Shown here in pieces: positions 1-12,443 of a stretch of 64,000 nucleotides of DNA; the stretch's first letter is position 1; each line of letters opens with the position of its first letter. Under the pieces are notes generated by a model. The model was not told where the DNA came from and ran no database searches. It saw only the letters and a program-made list of their open reading frames with translations. The position numbers and the translations under genes are program-made. The stretch lies in the NCBI RefSeq assembly GCF_037042905.1, contig NW_026974140.1:248001-312000 (forward strand). Direction: 5' to 3'. Origin of the DNA: Lytechinus pictus (taxonomy: Eukaryota).

Positions 1-96
1 CACAAATGTTCGGATTAACGAACTCTTTTACGTTTTCAGATTAACGAACATCGAGGTATAGGCAATTTACGTGTTTCGGAATTACGAAGTGTAACC
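1..96. mobile_element. Right terminus of a foldback/MULE-like non-autonomous element (runs off the window)
   Basis: Repeated ttcgga(t/a)t(t/a)acgaa subterminal motifs ending in ...gaagtgtaacc followed by a T tract. The same style of terminus (ggttac..) appears at 57585. Confidence 0.35.
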
Positions 97-499
97 TTTT
101 TTATGGCTTAGGGCTTTTTTAATTTAGGCCTTGCATTAAACACTTCCACATAATAGATCTACCTTCCTCTATTTTTTCCCACAAGAAAAAAAATCCTTTA
201 AATTTTTTTTTTTTTAAAGTCTGTCTATAACTTGCCTCCCTTTTTTTCCCTTTGCCTGCCCTGGGAAAGACTGAAAAATTTGCTGTTTCGGAGGAATTTT
301 TAGAATTTTTTTTTTTTTTTGGGGGGGGGAAGTAGAAAAAAAAAAAGAAACAGCATTTCTACTAGAAAGCATTACATTAATATTTTCTTTATTAGCATTA
401 TCACAGACATTGCTCTAAATATATGTTCTCTTGTAAGAGCCCTTTGGGCATGCCTGAGCACAACGTACACCATTCTTAACAATGAAAAACCCTTTACAG

Positions 500-721
500 T
501 GTCAACTTGACGCTCCCCCATGACCAGCGTCAAATATTTAACCCTATTTGACGCTCCAGTAACCATACTTGTCGCTCCAGTAAAAAGTTGACGCTCCTAC
601 TGGAGCGTCAACTTTTTATGAAATGCGCTGCAGCGTCAAATATTTAATTTGACGCTGCAGGTGAAAATTTGACGCTGTTTTGGGACTTGACGCTGACGCT
701 GTACCTTTATGAAATAGGCCC
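500..721. mobile_element. Harbinger-type MITE fragment with multiple tgacgct subterminal repeats
   Basis: About 10 copies of (t)gacgct/agcgtca. It ends tttatgaaataggccc followed by cag, like the GGGG..CCCC/CWG MITEs at 41959 and 44014. Confidence 0.35.
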
Positions 722-734
722 CAGAAGTGTCCTT

Positions 735-2543
735 CATATAATCGACTGAAAGTGATGACATGGTTTTGTAAGATGACTTATTGACTTTACTTCATGTTAT
801 GGCTCGCTATAATGGGTTTCCATTTATACTAAACAGTTGAATTATCGGAGATCCGTGTATCATACGGCCTCAGGTCATTTGTTTTGTCTCCCTTTATTTA
901 TTCATTCATTTGGGGTGGGGGGGGGGGGGGTGGGTGCAGTTTATATTTACATTTACCCTAAAAATGAAAACCAAAGTGGGTTGACTATCAGTCAGGACGT
1001 GCTATTGTTCATAACTTGAGGTTAGTGTTACTGGTGTTTAGTTTACTTGAAGTTGTTCTGGTTCACTTGATGGTTTTCCATAGAAATAAATAACATAATC
1101 TTATCCCATATCCTGACCATGTCTTAATTTTTATTTCTGGGGGGCAGTTGATATGTTAATTTAACATGAAACTAAAAATAAAACAGCAGTGATAATATTC
1201 ATTCATATAATCGACTAAAAGTGATATGCTTGGTGACTTGAGGTCACTGTGAGATGTACTTATTTTCATGCTTTTAATGCTAACTTGATGGATTTTCATG
1301 TTTAGATAACATTACCTCATCCCATACCCTGTCTATGACTTTTTTTCCAGCGGGGGGGGGGGGGGAATTGATACCATGATTTTGCATAAAACTGTTAATA
1401 AAAACAACCTCAGTCGTGTGATTATATTCCTTCATGTAACTGACTAAAAGTACTGACTAAAAGTGATGACATGTTTTTTTATTAGATGACTTGAGGGTTT
1501 TGTGGGTAGTATTAACTTTACTTGAAGTTTTGGGTCACTTTATGGTTTTCATGTGTGTACATTGTCTAGAGACATTTAATTTATCCCGGCATGTCCGACA
1601 TCCACGTATCATACCTACTCATACTATTTTCCCCCATTTATTCATTTATTTATTTATTTATTTATTTTTTTTTTTTTGGGGGGGGGGTTGATATTTAAAG
1701 ACGCACATTCCTCGCCAGTAGTTCTGCAGCATGAAGACGTAACGCATCAATGCCCACGCGATTTCGTGCGAATGGGACTGTGTGTTGTTATGACTCTCTT
1801 TGTGGATTTTCAGGACTAGATAACATTACCTTATATCCCTTAATATAATAAACTCAAAGAGAATGTATGTTTTAGTTTGCTGACTTGAGGTCAATAATGG
1901 TGGTATTCATCTTACCTGAAGTTGTTATGACTCTATTTGTGGATTTTCAGGAATAGATAACATTACCTTATATCCCTTAATATAATCGACTCAAAGTGAT
2001 TATATATTTTACTTAGCTGACTTGAGGTTAATAATGGTGGTATTCATCTTACCTGAAGTTGTTATGACTCTCTTTGTGGATTTTCAGGAATAGATAACAT
2101 TACGTTCTTCCCATATCCTGTCCATATCTTAATATAATAGTTTCTTTCTTTTCTTTTTTTTTTGGGTGGGGGGTGGAGCAGTTGGTATCTTACTTTAGCG
2201 TGAAACTGACCTAAAATATATAAAGTATCTAAAGTAAGATATCCCTCATTAAAATCGACTCAAAGTGATGATATGTTTTAGTTTGCTGACTTGAGGGCAA
2301 TAATGGTGGTATTCATCTTACCTGAAGTTGTTATGACTCTATTTGTGGATTTTCAGGAATATATAACATTACCTTATATCCCTTAATATAATCGACTCAA
2401 AGTGATGATATATTTTACTTAGCTGACTTGAGGTCAATAATGGTGGTATTCATCTTACCTGAAGTTGTTATGACTCTCTTTGTGGATTTTCAGGAATAGA
2501 TAACATTACGTTCTTCCCATATCCTGTCCATATCTTAATATAC

Positions 2544-2574
<31 letters not shown>

Positions 2575-2760
2575 GGGGGGGGTGGAGCAGTTGGTATCTT
2601 ACTTTAGCGTGAAACTGACCTAAAATATATGAAGTATATAAAGTAATATATCCTTCATTAAAATCGACTCAAAGTGATGATATGTTTTAGTTTGCTGACT
2701 TCAGGTCAATAATGGTGGTATTCATCTTACCTCAAGTTGTTATGACTCTCTTTGTGGATT
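735..2760. repeat. Complex tandem repeat (137-bp and ~270-bp subunits, ~406-bp higher-order period)
   Basis: gttatgactct recurs at about 1786, 1924, 2061, 2330, 2467 and 2739. More diverged copies of the same unit lie at 735-1690. Confidence 0.85.
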
Positions 2761-3090
2761 TTGTTAGCGTTGCGGGGTGATATGTATCGAAATCTGACAT
2801 AGTTACCATATAGATCTAGATCTAGTATTTTAATTATGTTGAAAAAAGTACAATTCAAGTCGAAATCAAGTCGATCTACCTTTGTTTTCATTTTTATTGT
2901 TAATTCAAATATCAACTGCCCCCCCCCCCAACTGCAGCCCTGGAAACCCTACTAATCTAGGCCTCAGTACACTTAATTGGATGTAATCCAAATTGAATTG
3001 TATGAACAAATATTTTGGTGATTAATCTTGGAACCATATTATTCAACTACCAAAAAAAAAATTCAAAATTTTACTCTTTTTTTTTTTTAG

Positions 3091-3163
3091 TTATTTATTC
3101 GTTCCTGGAATAAGACTACACTATTTCACAAAATCAGCTCTCGCTCCGCAGAACACACAGCAG
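3091..3163 (+). CDS. Candidate upstream exon of the CHST15-like gene (YLFVPGIRLHYFTKSALAPQNTQQ)
   Basis: Poly-T+ag acceptor and cag|gtatat donor. The open frame ends in phase 0, matching the acceptor at 4493. It could instead be the antisense poly(A) end of a retroposon. Confidence 0.3.
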
Positions 3164-3362
3164 GTATATGAATGTACGTAGTGGCTGTTCTAATAAGCGA
3201 TTACACCCCCCAACTGTGTTTCCCATCGTGAAAGCACTCCATTGCCGCCCGTAGTACACTCTCCGAGCTCAACAAAAATTCTAAGTTCTGAACATGACCC
3301 TGAGTAAATTGACTTCAAGTCAGTTGACTCAGGGTCAACTTTCAGGTGTGTATCTCCATTGC

Positions 3363-3405
<43 letters not shown>

Positions 3406-3625
3406 TTCAGAGGATGCTATACATACAGCTAACATAAGCAGTAAGACGTAGCCGGGGTTCAGTTTATCAAGTTAATCACAAGCTTTCGGCCATAATTGGG
3501 CATTCTTCAGGAATCTGAATGACATGTGAATTTTGATATAACTGTACATATTTAAAACCAATATCCTTAAAAATAAACCCTTTTTTCCCTTTTTTTTTGG
3601 TATAAGTCCATAACCGTTCCCCCCA

Positions 3626-3724
3626 ATCAGTTATATCGGGAGGATAGACCTGCGGGTCATAGTGATTCAGTTCGCTTTTCGCCTCCCAGGCACAGGTGAC
3701 GCCTAACAAATAATAATAATAATA
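3626..3724 (+). mobile_element. Short non-LTR retroposon 3' end with (TAA)n tail
   Basis: aatcagttatatcgggagg...cctcccaggcacaggtgacgcc followed by (taa)n. Reverse-complement copies occur in every 1058-bp unit at 32.9-38.3 kb. Confidence 0.6.
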
Positions 3725-4492
3725 TATAATCTGCCTACCCATATATATGATGATATACAGTATTTATATATTCTTTAAGACGTCTGTTTATAAATTTTCA
3801 TAAGGCGGCCGCCAAATCATGATTGACTTCAACAACGTAAATTAGCCTTACTTAAGTTATAGTAACATTATTCTTTGTATACATATTCCGCTAATTTGTT
3901 TGTACATTATGACCACTTGTTTTTCTTGTACATCAGATACGCGAAGAAGGCCCAATTATGGCCGAAATCTTGTGATTCAACTTGATGAACTGAATCCCGA
4001 CTACGTCTCATTGCTTATTCTCGCTGTATTTATAGCATCCTCTCAAATATATTATACTAAAAGCACCCTCGCAATGTGTAGGTCCCTGCTCCTCACAATT
4101 GTATATATATATATAATTCTGACGTCACGAATTATTTTGATCTCCGATCAATTTAATAAGTGTGGTCAAAATATTATTATTAACGTGAAGGGCTCTCAGG
4201 GCTCGACCAATCAGATGGCCACAAATTTTTAGTAAGGGATAAAAGTTCAAAATAACGCCAGGCTTTTCAAGACTAGTGAGAAAAAGAGTAAACGTCAAAA
4301 TGTTTCTCATTGATATCTTTTTAAAAATATTAATTTGTTTAATTTGTATTGTAAGCAAAAAAAAAAATCGAAAAGATGGCATGTAAAACCCAAAATCCAA
4401 CCGGGGACATTTTTTTTGGTTAACGACTCTATGCTTCTCAGGCGACATAGTAATATTGATAATAATGACTGCTATTTTTTTTTTTTTAACAG

Positions 4493-4733
4493 GTTTATGA
4501 GAAGGTTCCTCTTCACTTCCTTGCAAACTTCAAAAACCCGTGTTGGGTGCGGAACGGCACGGAACTCAATTGTCTTCCTTACTTCTATATTATCGGTATG
4601 TTTAAATGCGGCACAACCGATATTTGGTCAAAGATCGTTGCCCACCCAGATGTCATCAACGTCCCAAAAGAACCCCATTGGTGGGGACCTCGTCGCCTTG
4701 GTTACACTGGAACATCAGCACATAAGAAAACAG
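4493..4733 (+). CDS. CHST15: Carbohydrate sulfotransferase 15-like (GalNAc4S-6ST) exon containing the 5'-PSB PAPS-binding loop
   Basis: Poly-T aacag acceptor and ag|gtaaat donor (phase 1). Translation is VYEKVPLHFLANFKNPCWVRNGTELNCLPYFYIIGMFKCGTTDIWSKIVAHPDVINVPKEPHWWGPRRLGYTGTSAHKKT. FKNPCW, CLPYFYIIG..KCGTTD and KEPHWW are CHST15-family hallmarks. It is probably one paralogue of an expanded family. Confidence 0.88.
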
Positions 4734-6370
4734 GTAAATTGTGATAGCTGTGGGTATTTTATTGAGTGTTTAATGATTCAAAACTTGGAGATATAACCCA
4801 TCCATTTCCTCGATAGCTAAGAAATTGCTCGTTATTATTGCAGTTTCGGCAAATAATCATTCAGTTCGACCTCAACATTCGCCAATCTTTTGTCTCATCA
4901 TAATATAAAAAACTCTAGATACTAATCTATTTTGTTAATTTACGTAAAAGGATAATACAATCTAGTTGAGTTCGTATTATGGGGAAATCATAGAAACTCA
5001 CCAATGAAAGTTCCAGGAAGAATCAATATAGAATGATAATCTTATGACCGTTTGATTATTTACATCAATCAGCCTAAGATTCTCCCATTGAAAATGTGAA
5101 CAAGGTGTTTAATGTCACGCACGTTTAACGGCCTTGTTAAGATCGTCTACCTTCGCAGAGCGGGGATAGCCGCACGCTTTCGAGAAAACCGGTGAGCTTT
5201 TCTCCAGAGGGTGGGTTGGGGGAGGGAAATCAAATAAACGCACCTTTTCGGGACAACCGGGGGAGCTTTTCACGAAAGGCTGTATTGAATAGTTTTCTGA
5301 ACCAGTCGTTTCATTGAAAATTATTCATCAAATAATAACAACAATATACTATTACACAAAAAAACTGAGGTGCTAAATTGTCGGTGCTGATCAGGATCAT
5401 ACACTTAAAGTACCACTCTCAGCACTTGATGGGTTAGCTTAAAGGCATATGCTAACGTTGTAGACATGTAATTTCAAAAATATCAAAGTAGAGATGAAAT
5501 ATGTACATGAATGCCTTTCTGTCTACCTAAAAACTCTAAAACAACAAAAAAAATCGAAAGAAATCCTTTCGATATACGTTATAATTGATGGTTTTGTGTA
5601 ATTTCTATCGTGCCGATAATAATAGAACACATAAGTGTATGGATGAAATTAAGATGGTATTTCCGGTCACTTTATATTTCACTTTTTTGAAGCACTTAAT
5701 AATGATTTTCGGACGCGATTCTTTCTGGGCTTCATTTTTGTAACATATCACAGATGCATGTGACAAGTGGGACCTCGCAGCTCAGATTTGTTTAAAGTCA
5801 AATCAATGTTTGCAAATACCTTTAAACGAGGAAACCGAAAGCGATGAATATTTGAGTGCAGAAAATGGGTGCTGCAGCAATATGCGGCACTTGACATCGA
5901 GTACTTACTGAAAACCTGATCTGATTGGTCGGTTAGTAAGCTTGGACCCAGATTTGTCAAAACTTGTGTTCTCTCGCGATAATCGTTTGTAATTGAGCAA
6001 ACAGAGCGTGCACGTGCATCTGTAGCTTTATTCACCTGTCCGGATATCCCGGGGACGACGTCGCCGTGCGCACCTTACCGCCTACCGGTACCGGGATTAC
6101 AGTCAAAGTGTTCGGGCTGGCAGCCGCAGCAACTTCTGACCTATGCAGCAGAGCAGTCAAGCCTCAACTCAAGGGATCAAAGCTGGCGAGGTAAGCAATG
6201 AAATAAACCAAGTAGATTTAACGTTAGGCTTAGGTTATTAGATTGAAGGGTTCTTTTCTACATTCGAGCAGATCTAGTACGGTACCGTAAAACGTTAGGC
6301 CTAAACTATGAGTCTAGTCAAACTTCGAAAATGTGATATATTTGCTATAAATGTTATTTGATTATTCCAG

Positions 6371-8690
6371 GGCCTGTTGGAAAGTTGATCGGCCATTTAC
6401 ATGTGGCCAATGCGTTGTTTGACATGCCCCGTTTGCATTTGGTATGTGGTCAAGGTGGATGTGGATTTTAACTCTTACAGGAAACATTTCTTAAACCAAC
6501 ATCCACAAGAATAATCTGAACCTGAAGTTTGACAGGGTATTGAGCCTCCATTGGATGGTCCAGTGGATGCTAATTTGTGTGCTGATGATCATGGTGATGT
6601 TGTTGAACTTAAAGTACATTATCCTGCAGCAGATGATGTATTAAATTTTGATGATGATATACAGGCTTACCAGATGGAGTAATGCATAATGACCGTACAA
6701 AAACAGCTGCTTTATTTATTTGTTCCCTTTTTATCAAATACCAACATGACAAATGCTGTGACAGAGTTTTATCTGCTCCGACATCTTTGAATACTAATGT
6801 CATTGACTGTTTAAAAAGCAAAGTGATTCAGACTTTTGAGGCCGTGTGTATTGACTTGGCGAATGAAGGATGTAAGAATCTCTTAGCTGAATTTCATTTA
6901 CAAAAATAGCTTCCATGGGCTAGAAACGAGATACAAACAAGAACATTTGTTTAACAAGATTATTCTAGGGCTAGTGAAATCCAAATCTTTTTTTTTAGGC
7001 TTTCGCAATGATTTTCGGACTGCCGGTAAAAAGTGGTAACTCCAAAGCAGTATCTGTACCAGAAACTTTCCAGTTTATTTCAGTTTTATCTACACTAGGT
7101 TTGGTACTTGGGGAAGGACATGTAATACATGAAATAGAGATAGGACATTCTAGTACGAATGATACAATGCATGACATAAGTGATGGCCAACAGTACAAAA
7201 ATCATCTTCTTTTTTTTCAAGCAATCCTCAGGCTATTCAAATTTGCCTTTATGATGATGAGTTTGAAGTTGTTAATCTATTAGGATAAAAAAGAGGCTAT
7301 CACAAGCGTTCTATATCTATTTCAAGAAATATTCCCCATAAATGGAACTCATCACTTGATAATATCCATTTACTTGCTCTCTGCTATTGTTTTGATATCA
7401 AAAATTGGATTTGATATGAAATTGATTTTATATTGGCTCCATTTTTGGCCGATCTCAGAAAATAAGAGTATGGATAAGGTGCAGAAATAGTTCTTCCTAA
7501 TAACTCGGTGAGATAATTCGTAGTATGTTGTCTCAAGTTTGCGGAGACAACCTTGGACTCAATAGTCATTTAGGTTTTGTGGAAAAAGTTTTATAGCAAA
7601 CATGCCATGCAGGATTTGTCTCGGACATAGAGATTAATTTCAGACCAAATTCGATGGAGAAGAATTTAAACACAGATATAAACATCACCCACCGTTTGCA
7701 TGTAGAAGAGGTGAGAAATGATGCTGCTTTCGTCGCAAACAGTGGTGTAAAGAGGGATTGTATTTTGAATTCATTGCAATAATTTCATGTCACATCGAAT
7801 GTTGCTGTCGACATAATGCATGATTTTTTGGAGGGGATAGCTTCCATGGAAGTCAAGTTAGTATTATGCAGATTCATTTACGACGATAATTTCTTCACAT
7901 TTTCTGACTTCAACACCTTTTTGTCATCTCATAATTATGGATTTTGTGATAGAAAAAACAAACCAAGTCTTGTCCTAGAGTCAACAATTAGGGGAACAGG
8001 TAATTCTTTAAAACAGAGTGCTAGTCAAATGTGGTGTCTTATCCTTGAACTACCATTGCTGATTGGCTCCCTCATACCTCAGGATAATATGCACTGGAAG
8101 TTGATCTTGAAATTGTTGATATATAGCATTTTCGGATGATATTACAGATGGACTAATTTTGTACCTGAAGAATCTGATACAGGACCACCATACCCTATTT
8201 CGTGAAATATTCCCCACCACTAGGCTTCTTCCAAAGCATTACCTTTTAGTTCATTGTCCCATTGTAATAAAGGAATTCGGACCACTAATTCACATGTGGA
8301 TTGTGCGCTTTGAGGCAAAACACCACCTGAGTAAAATACTGGCAAGTGTGGTCTGTTGTTTTAAGGATATATGCTACTGCTGCTTCAAGACGTCAGATTA
8401 GTCAATGTTGCAGGTGGCAACAAGGTCCAGAAATCTTCAGGATTGATGCTGGTGAAGTTGTTAATTGTGCTGTAAGAGATTTGGAGGATTTTTTCTGCCT
8501 TTGCAACACAAGTACCAGAATTCAGAAGATGACGTGTCCATGATAATAAAAATTGACATTTTGTGGCACTGTGTACAGAAAAGGGTCAATAGTTCTCGAT
8601 GTTATTGATGAACTACCCCTTTTGAACAAGTTTCATATTATGTTATTGTTGGTCAGAATGTCATTCTTGCTGGGAAAGAGTGATGGTCAT
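6371..8690 (+). pseudogene. Decayed EnSpm/CACTA (CMC)-like DNA transposase
   Basis: N-terminal C2H2-like remnant (HLHV..LVCGQGGC..YRKHFLNQH). Fragments DIMHDFLEG, YGFCDRKNKPS, LKQSASQMWCL..LPLLIG and PKH.LLVH.P.VI.EFGPLIHMW.VRFEAKH are typical of animal EnSpm-like transposases. Many stops and frameshifts; TIRs not located. Confidence 0.75.
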
Positions 8691-9016
8691 ATTCATTGTT
8701 TATTTTTTTAACCAGTTCCACCCGAATAACAAGATAACTCGTTCTAGCTTTTCCACACTCACACCCTAAGAACGAGACATTGTGCGCCGGGTGCGTGATT
8801 TTTAGGATATTTTCCAACAAATTTTTCATGCAGTTTTACTATGAAATTAGTCATGATATTTACATCAGTTTACATCATTACAAAATTTCAAATACTTTAC
8901 TTATTAATCAAGGTGGTCTCTATTTCAAAAGATGTGATTTGCCCTTGGAAAATGTCGTTGAAATATATTATTTCTCTAGTAATCGTCTCGAAAGCCGAGC
9001 CTTGGTTACCTGCCTT

Positions 9017-9860
9017 CAGAGGCGTCGATCCTGGGGGGGGGCAGGGGGGCGATCGCCCCACCAATGAACATATTGGGGGGGGCAAACATATTAATTTGAC
9101 CCCCAATAATTCCGGATATACCAAAAAAAAAAAACAAGATTGTAATGTTCAGCAAGCGAGATTGAGATACGCAACTCGTTCTTTATTTAAAATCGTGCTA
9201 AAAATGTCTGCTTTTCAGATTGGAATATACATTTTTTTAGCTCGCGCTTCGCGCTCGCATAATTTCTGTAGTAAAAACCCAAACTTTTCATGATTGAATA
9301 GGTGAATGTAAATGTCCCATTTTCAGTTTTAAGCTTCAAAAGAACTCCTGCTTCTATTTGCAATCATATTTTCTTGGATATATATCTTGTTCTTAATCAA
9401 AAACTTCCATTAAACTGTAATTTTTTTCAGATCGAAATATCAAAATTATCAGCTCGCGCTTCGCGCTCGCATCTATTCTTCTTCTAGATACCAATCGTAA
9501 TCATTCTTTCAGGTCAGAATATAAAGAAATTTCAGCTCACTTTCGGCACTCGTACTATCTGTGTAGTGAGATATGTATCCTCATGAGTTACAAACCGCCC
9601 TAAACAGGCACGCTTTTCCTGTCAGTATGCAAAAAAAAAAATCAGCTCGCGCTTCACGCTCGCATTAATTTGTTGGTGAGATACGTGTCTCATGAGATAT
9701 ATATATATATATATATATATGGGTGTATGTGTGTGTGTGTATGTGAGTGTGTGTGGGTGTGTGGGGGTGTGGATGGGTGTCTTAAGTCTTATACGATCGA
9801 GCGCCTTTGGAATGTTAATGATTTTGCCCCCCCAATCTGAAAAATGGATCGACGCCCCTG
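9017..9860. mobile_element. hAT-type MITE
   Basis: TIRs cagaggcgtcgatcc / ggatcgacgcccctg and a perfect 8-bp TSD cctgcctt (9009-9016 and 9861-9868). Internal gctcgcgcttcgcgctcgc motifs. Confidence 0.9.
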
Positions 9861-10320
9861 CCTGCCTTCCATGTAAGAATAATCAGCCAATCGAAGCACA
9901 GCTTGTGTTCGAACTTGAAGTGTGTTGTCTTCATTTACATACTCAACACTTAGACGCCCGATGTTAGAGCGGAAAATCAATCAAAATGCCGCTCTGCTTG
10001 ATTAGGTTTCCCTAATTTGCATATCAAAAAGTTCACTAGGTGATCGATTGTGACGTTGGTTTCCTTATTTACATACGTTTTTAGGGGTGGGGAGATTGAG
10101 TATTCAAGGCATTCCGGATGTTAGGAAAGCCTAAAATATATATTTTTATCACGTTGGTACGGCATAATGATTACAGAAGAATCAGTCTTTAGTTAGCAAA
10201 TTACCTGTACAAAAATAATAATAAGGTTTCTTGAGAACAATCGTTATTATCATCTTATATCTCTATCCTAGAATGTGTTGTTGATTATCATCATATTTGT
10301 GATCGAATATTCACATGTAA

Positions 10321-11788
10321 CCAGTCAAGGAAACTCCCGCTTTTCCGAGATCGTTTGAAAAGTCTCTTTTCCAAGATAGTTACGATTACCGAAGCATGAA
10401 TCAGCGCTGAAAACCTTCGCCCTGTGTAGTCTTTCTCGGCTGTTTTCAGACCTTATTGTCTGTGTGTGAAACACTCCGTTAGCAAGAGCGGTGAAAATAC
10501 ATGTGCACGCATGTATCTCCTACATACTATATACCACCGTCCATTGTTATTTGTAAAAACACGTGCCTCAATCTTCCCCCCTCTCTGTCTCCTAATTTAG
10601 TTTCTCCCTCCCTCTTTCAAACATTCAATTTCCGTAATATCAATTTTGTTCATCACTTACCCATAGTCCGGGCGTACCATGTGCCGTACCACATTCACCG
10701 CCGTAAATTGCAATGCAGCAACATGTAACTGTACCATAATATCGAACTTTCTTGCAAATTCCTGAACATTCATTTTCAGTTTATGATCTGCTGCACAATC
10801 CATGATCAATACATTAGAATATAATTTCCACTACTGTCGGCGGAAATTATGGAAATTACACCGATTATTAAGTCAATATGCGAGTTCAAAACATGTCAAA
10901 AATACGTCTGTCCTAAATCAATCATTGCTCTGGTTGACGAAGCCAATTAAGAATTTTTTTTTTGGAATTCACCTTCAAAACAAACATACCTAGCGGCCAC
11001 CAACTCAAGTGCATTATAAAAGTCTGCTTGTCAGCTCCATGCCAAAACATCCCCAACTTCCAGCCCAGATGAGTTACAATTAAGCAATAGATATAAAACG
11101 AAAACTATCATGATGATCATGACCATATTCTCCATGATCAATGCTAGCAGCGAACAGGGGTGAGATCGATGGTATTATGAACATGGCCCATGCTCTAGAT
11201 GGTAACACCAGGGAAACACTTCCCTGGTAACACCGACATGACCGATATCACTGACCAAGAGTTAGTTACCATGGGAACGAATATATTTTCCAGGTCTTTC
11301 TAATCATGAATTACGTAATACAGTACCCGAAATAACTTTCAGCCTGATCATGCATGGAAGTACCGTAGGCCTATAGCACTTTACACATTATACACGCAGT
11401 ACACACACATACCGCGCGTTCTGCTGTTGCAGTGGAGTATCGCGGCACAAAGGCTGAACTGAACGCAAAGACTAACGTAAATTTTGCTTGCGTTTTTTCA
11501 TCATAAACGTGTCTTCTTTCTTCAATAGCATCTAAGCACCACGGTGGCGAATTTTCTTATTTTGCATATAGACGAGAAATTTAATTTTCTTTAACATATT
11601 TGAAAATAAAAATCCACCACCGTGGTTCTTTTTTATATGATTTTTTAGTGAGGGTATGTCAGAAAACCCCATTCACTTTGTACAGGAGAGCTATTCGGTG
11701 AGATCCTAAAAGATGACGTCATGCGACGATCAATCCCTGTTATTCGAGATTCTGTCGATCTCGGAAAACCGGGTGTTTCCTTGACTGG
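10321..11788. mobile_element. Non-autonomous TIR DNA transposon, superfamily unassigned
   Basis: 33-bp TIRs ccagtcaaggaaac(t/a)cccg(c/g)ttttccgagatcg with 2 mismatches, and taa on both flanks (10318-10320, 11789-11791). Confidence 0.8.
11209..11226. mobile_element. 18-bp palindromic micro-insertion or excision footprint with 7-bp TSD
   Basis: gtaacac-cagggaa acac ttccctg-gtaacac. Confidence 0.6.
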
Positions 11789-11874
11789 TAACTGAAGTTA
11801 TTGCGGCTGTCCTTGATTGATTTATAGTGATTTCGTGATCTCCTTGTTGTTCTTTTTTTTTCTTTATCCCTTAA

Positions 11875-12443
11875 AGGGATGGTCCAGGCTGAAAATATTT
11901 ATATTTTAATACATAGAGTAGAATTCACTGAGCAAAATGCCGAAAATTTCATCAAAATCGGATAACAAATAATAAAGTTTTAAGTTTAGCAATATTTTAT
12001 GAAAACAGTCGTCATGAATATTCATTAGGTGGGCTGATGAGGTCACATCCCCATTTTCCGTTTTCTTATGTTATTACATAAAATCATTTTTTTTTTTTTC
12101 ATACTTGGGTGAATAATATGTCTCCCTTATAATGAAATAAGTTGCAGCAATAAATATATAATGCACTAAATCAGTTGTCACTCCATTTTTTTTTGTTCTT
12201 GGAGGAAAACAAAATTGAATAAACCTGTTTTCATATAATAAAATACAAAAAAAAACAAGTGGAGATGTGACATCATCAGCCCACCTAATATTCATGATGA
12301 CTGTTTTCACAAAATATTGCTAAACTTTAAAATTCAATAACATTGTTATTTGTTATCCGATTTTGATGAAATTGTTGGCATTTTGCTCAGTGAATACTAC
12401 TCTATTTATTAAGTTATAAATACTTCCAGCCCGGACCACCCCT
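11875..12443. mobile_element. Kolobok-like MITE with long (~190 bp) inverted arms
   Basis: ttaa|agggatggtcc...ggaccacccct|ttaa. The arms are reverse complements of each other (e.g. tcatcaaaatcggataacaaat / atttgttatccgattttgatga). Confidence 0.8.
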
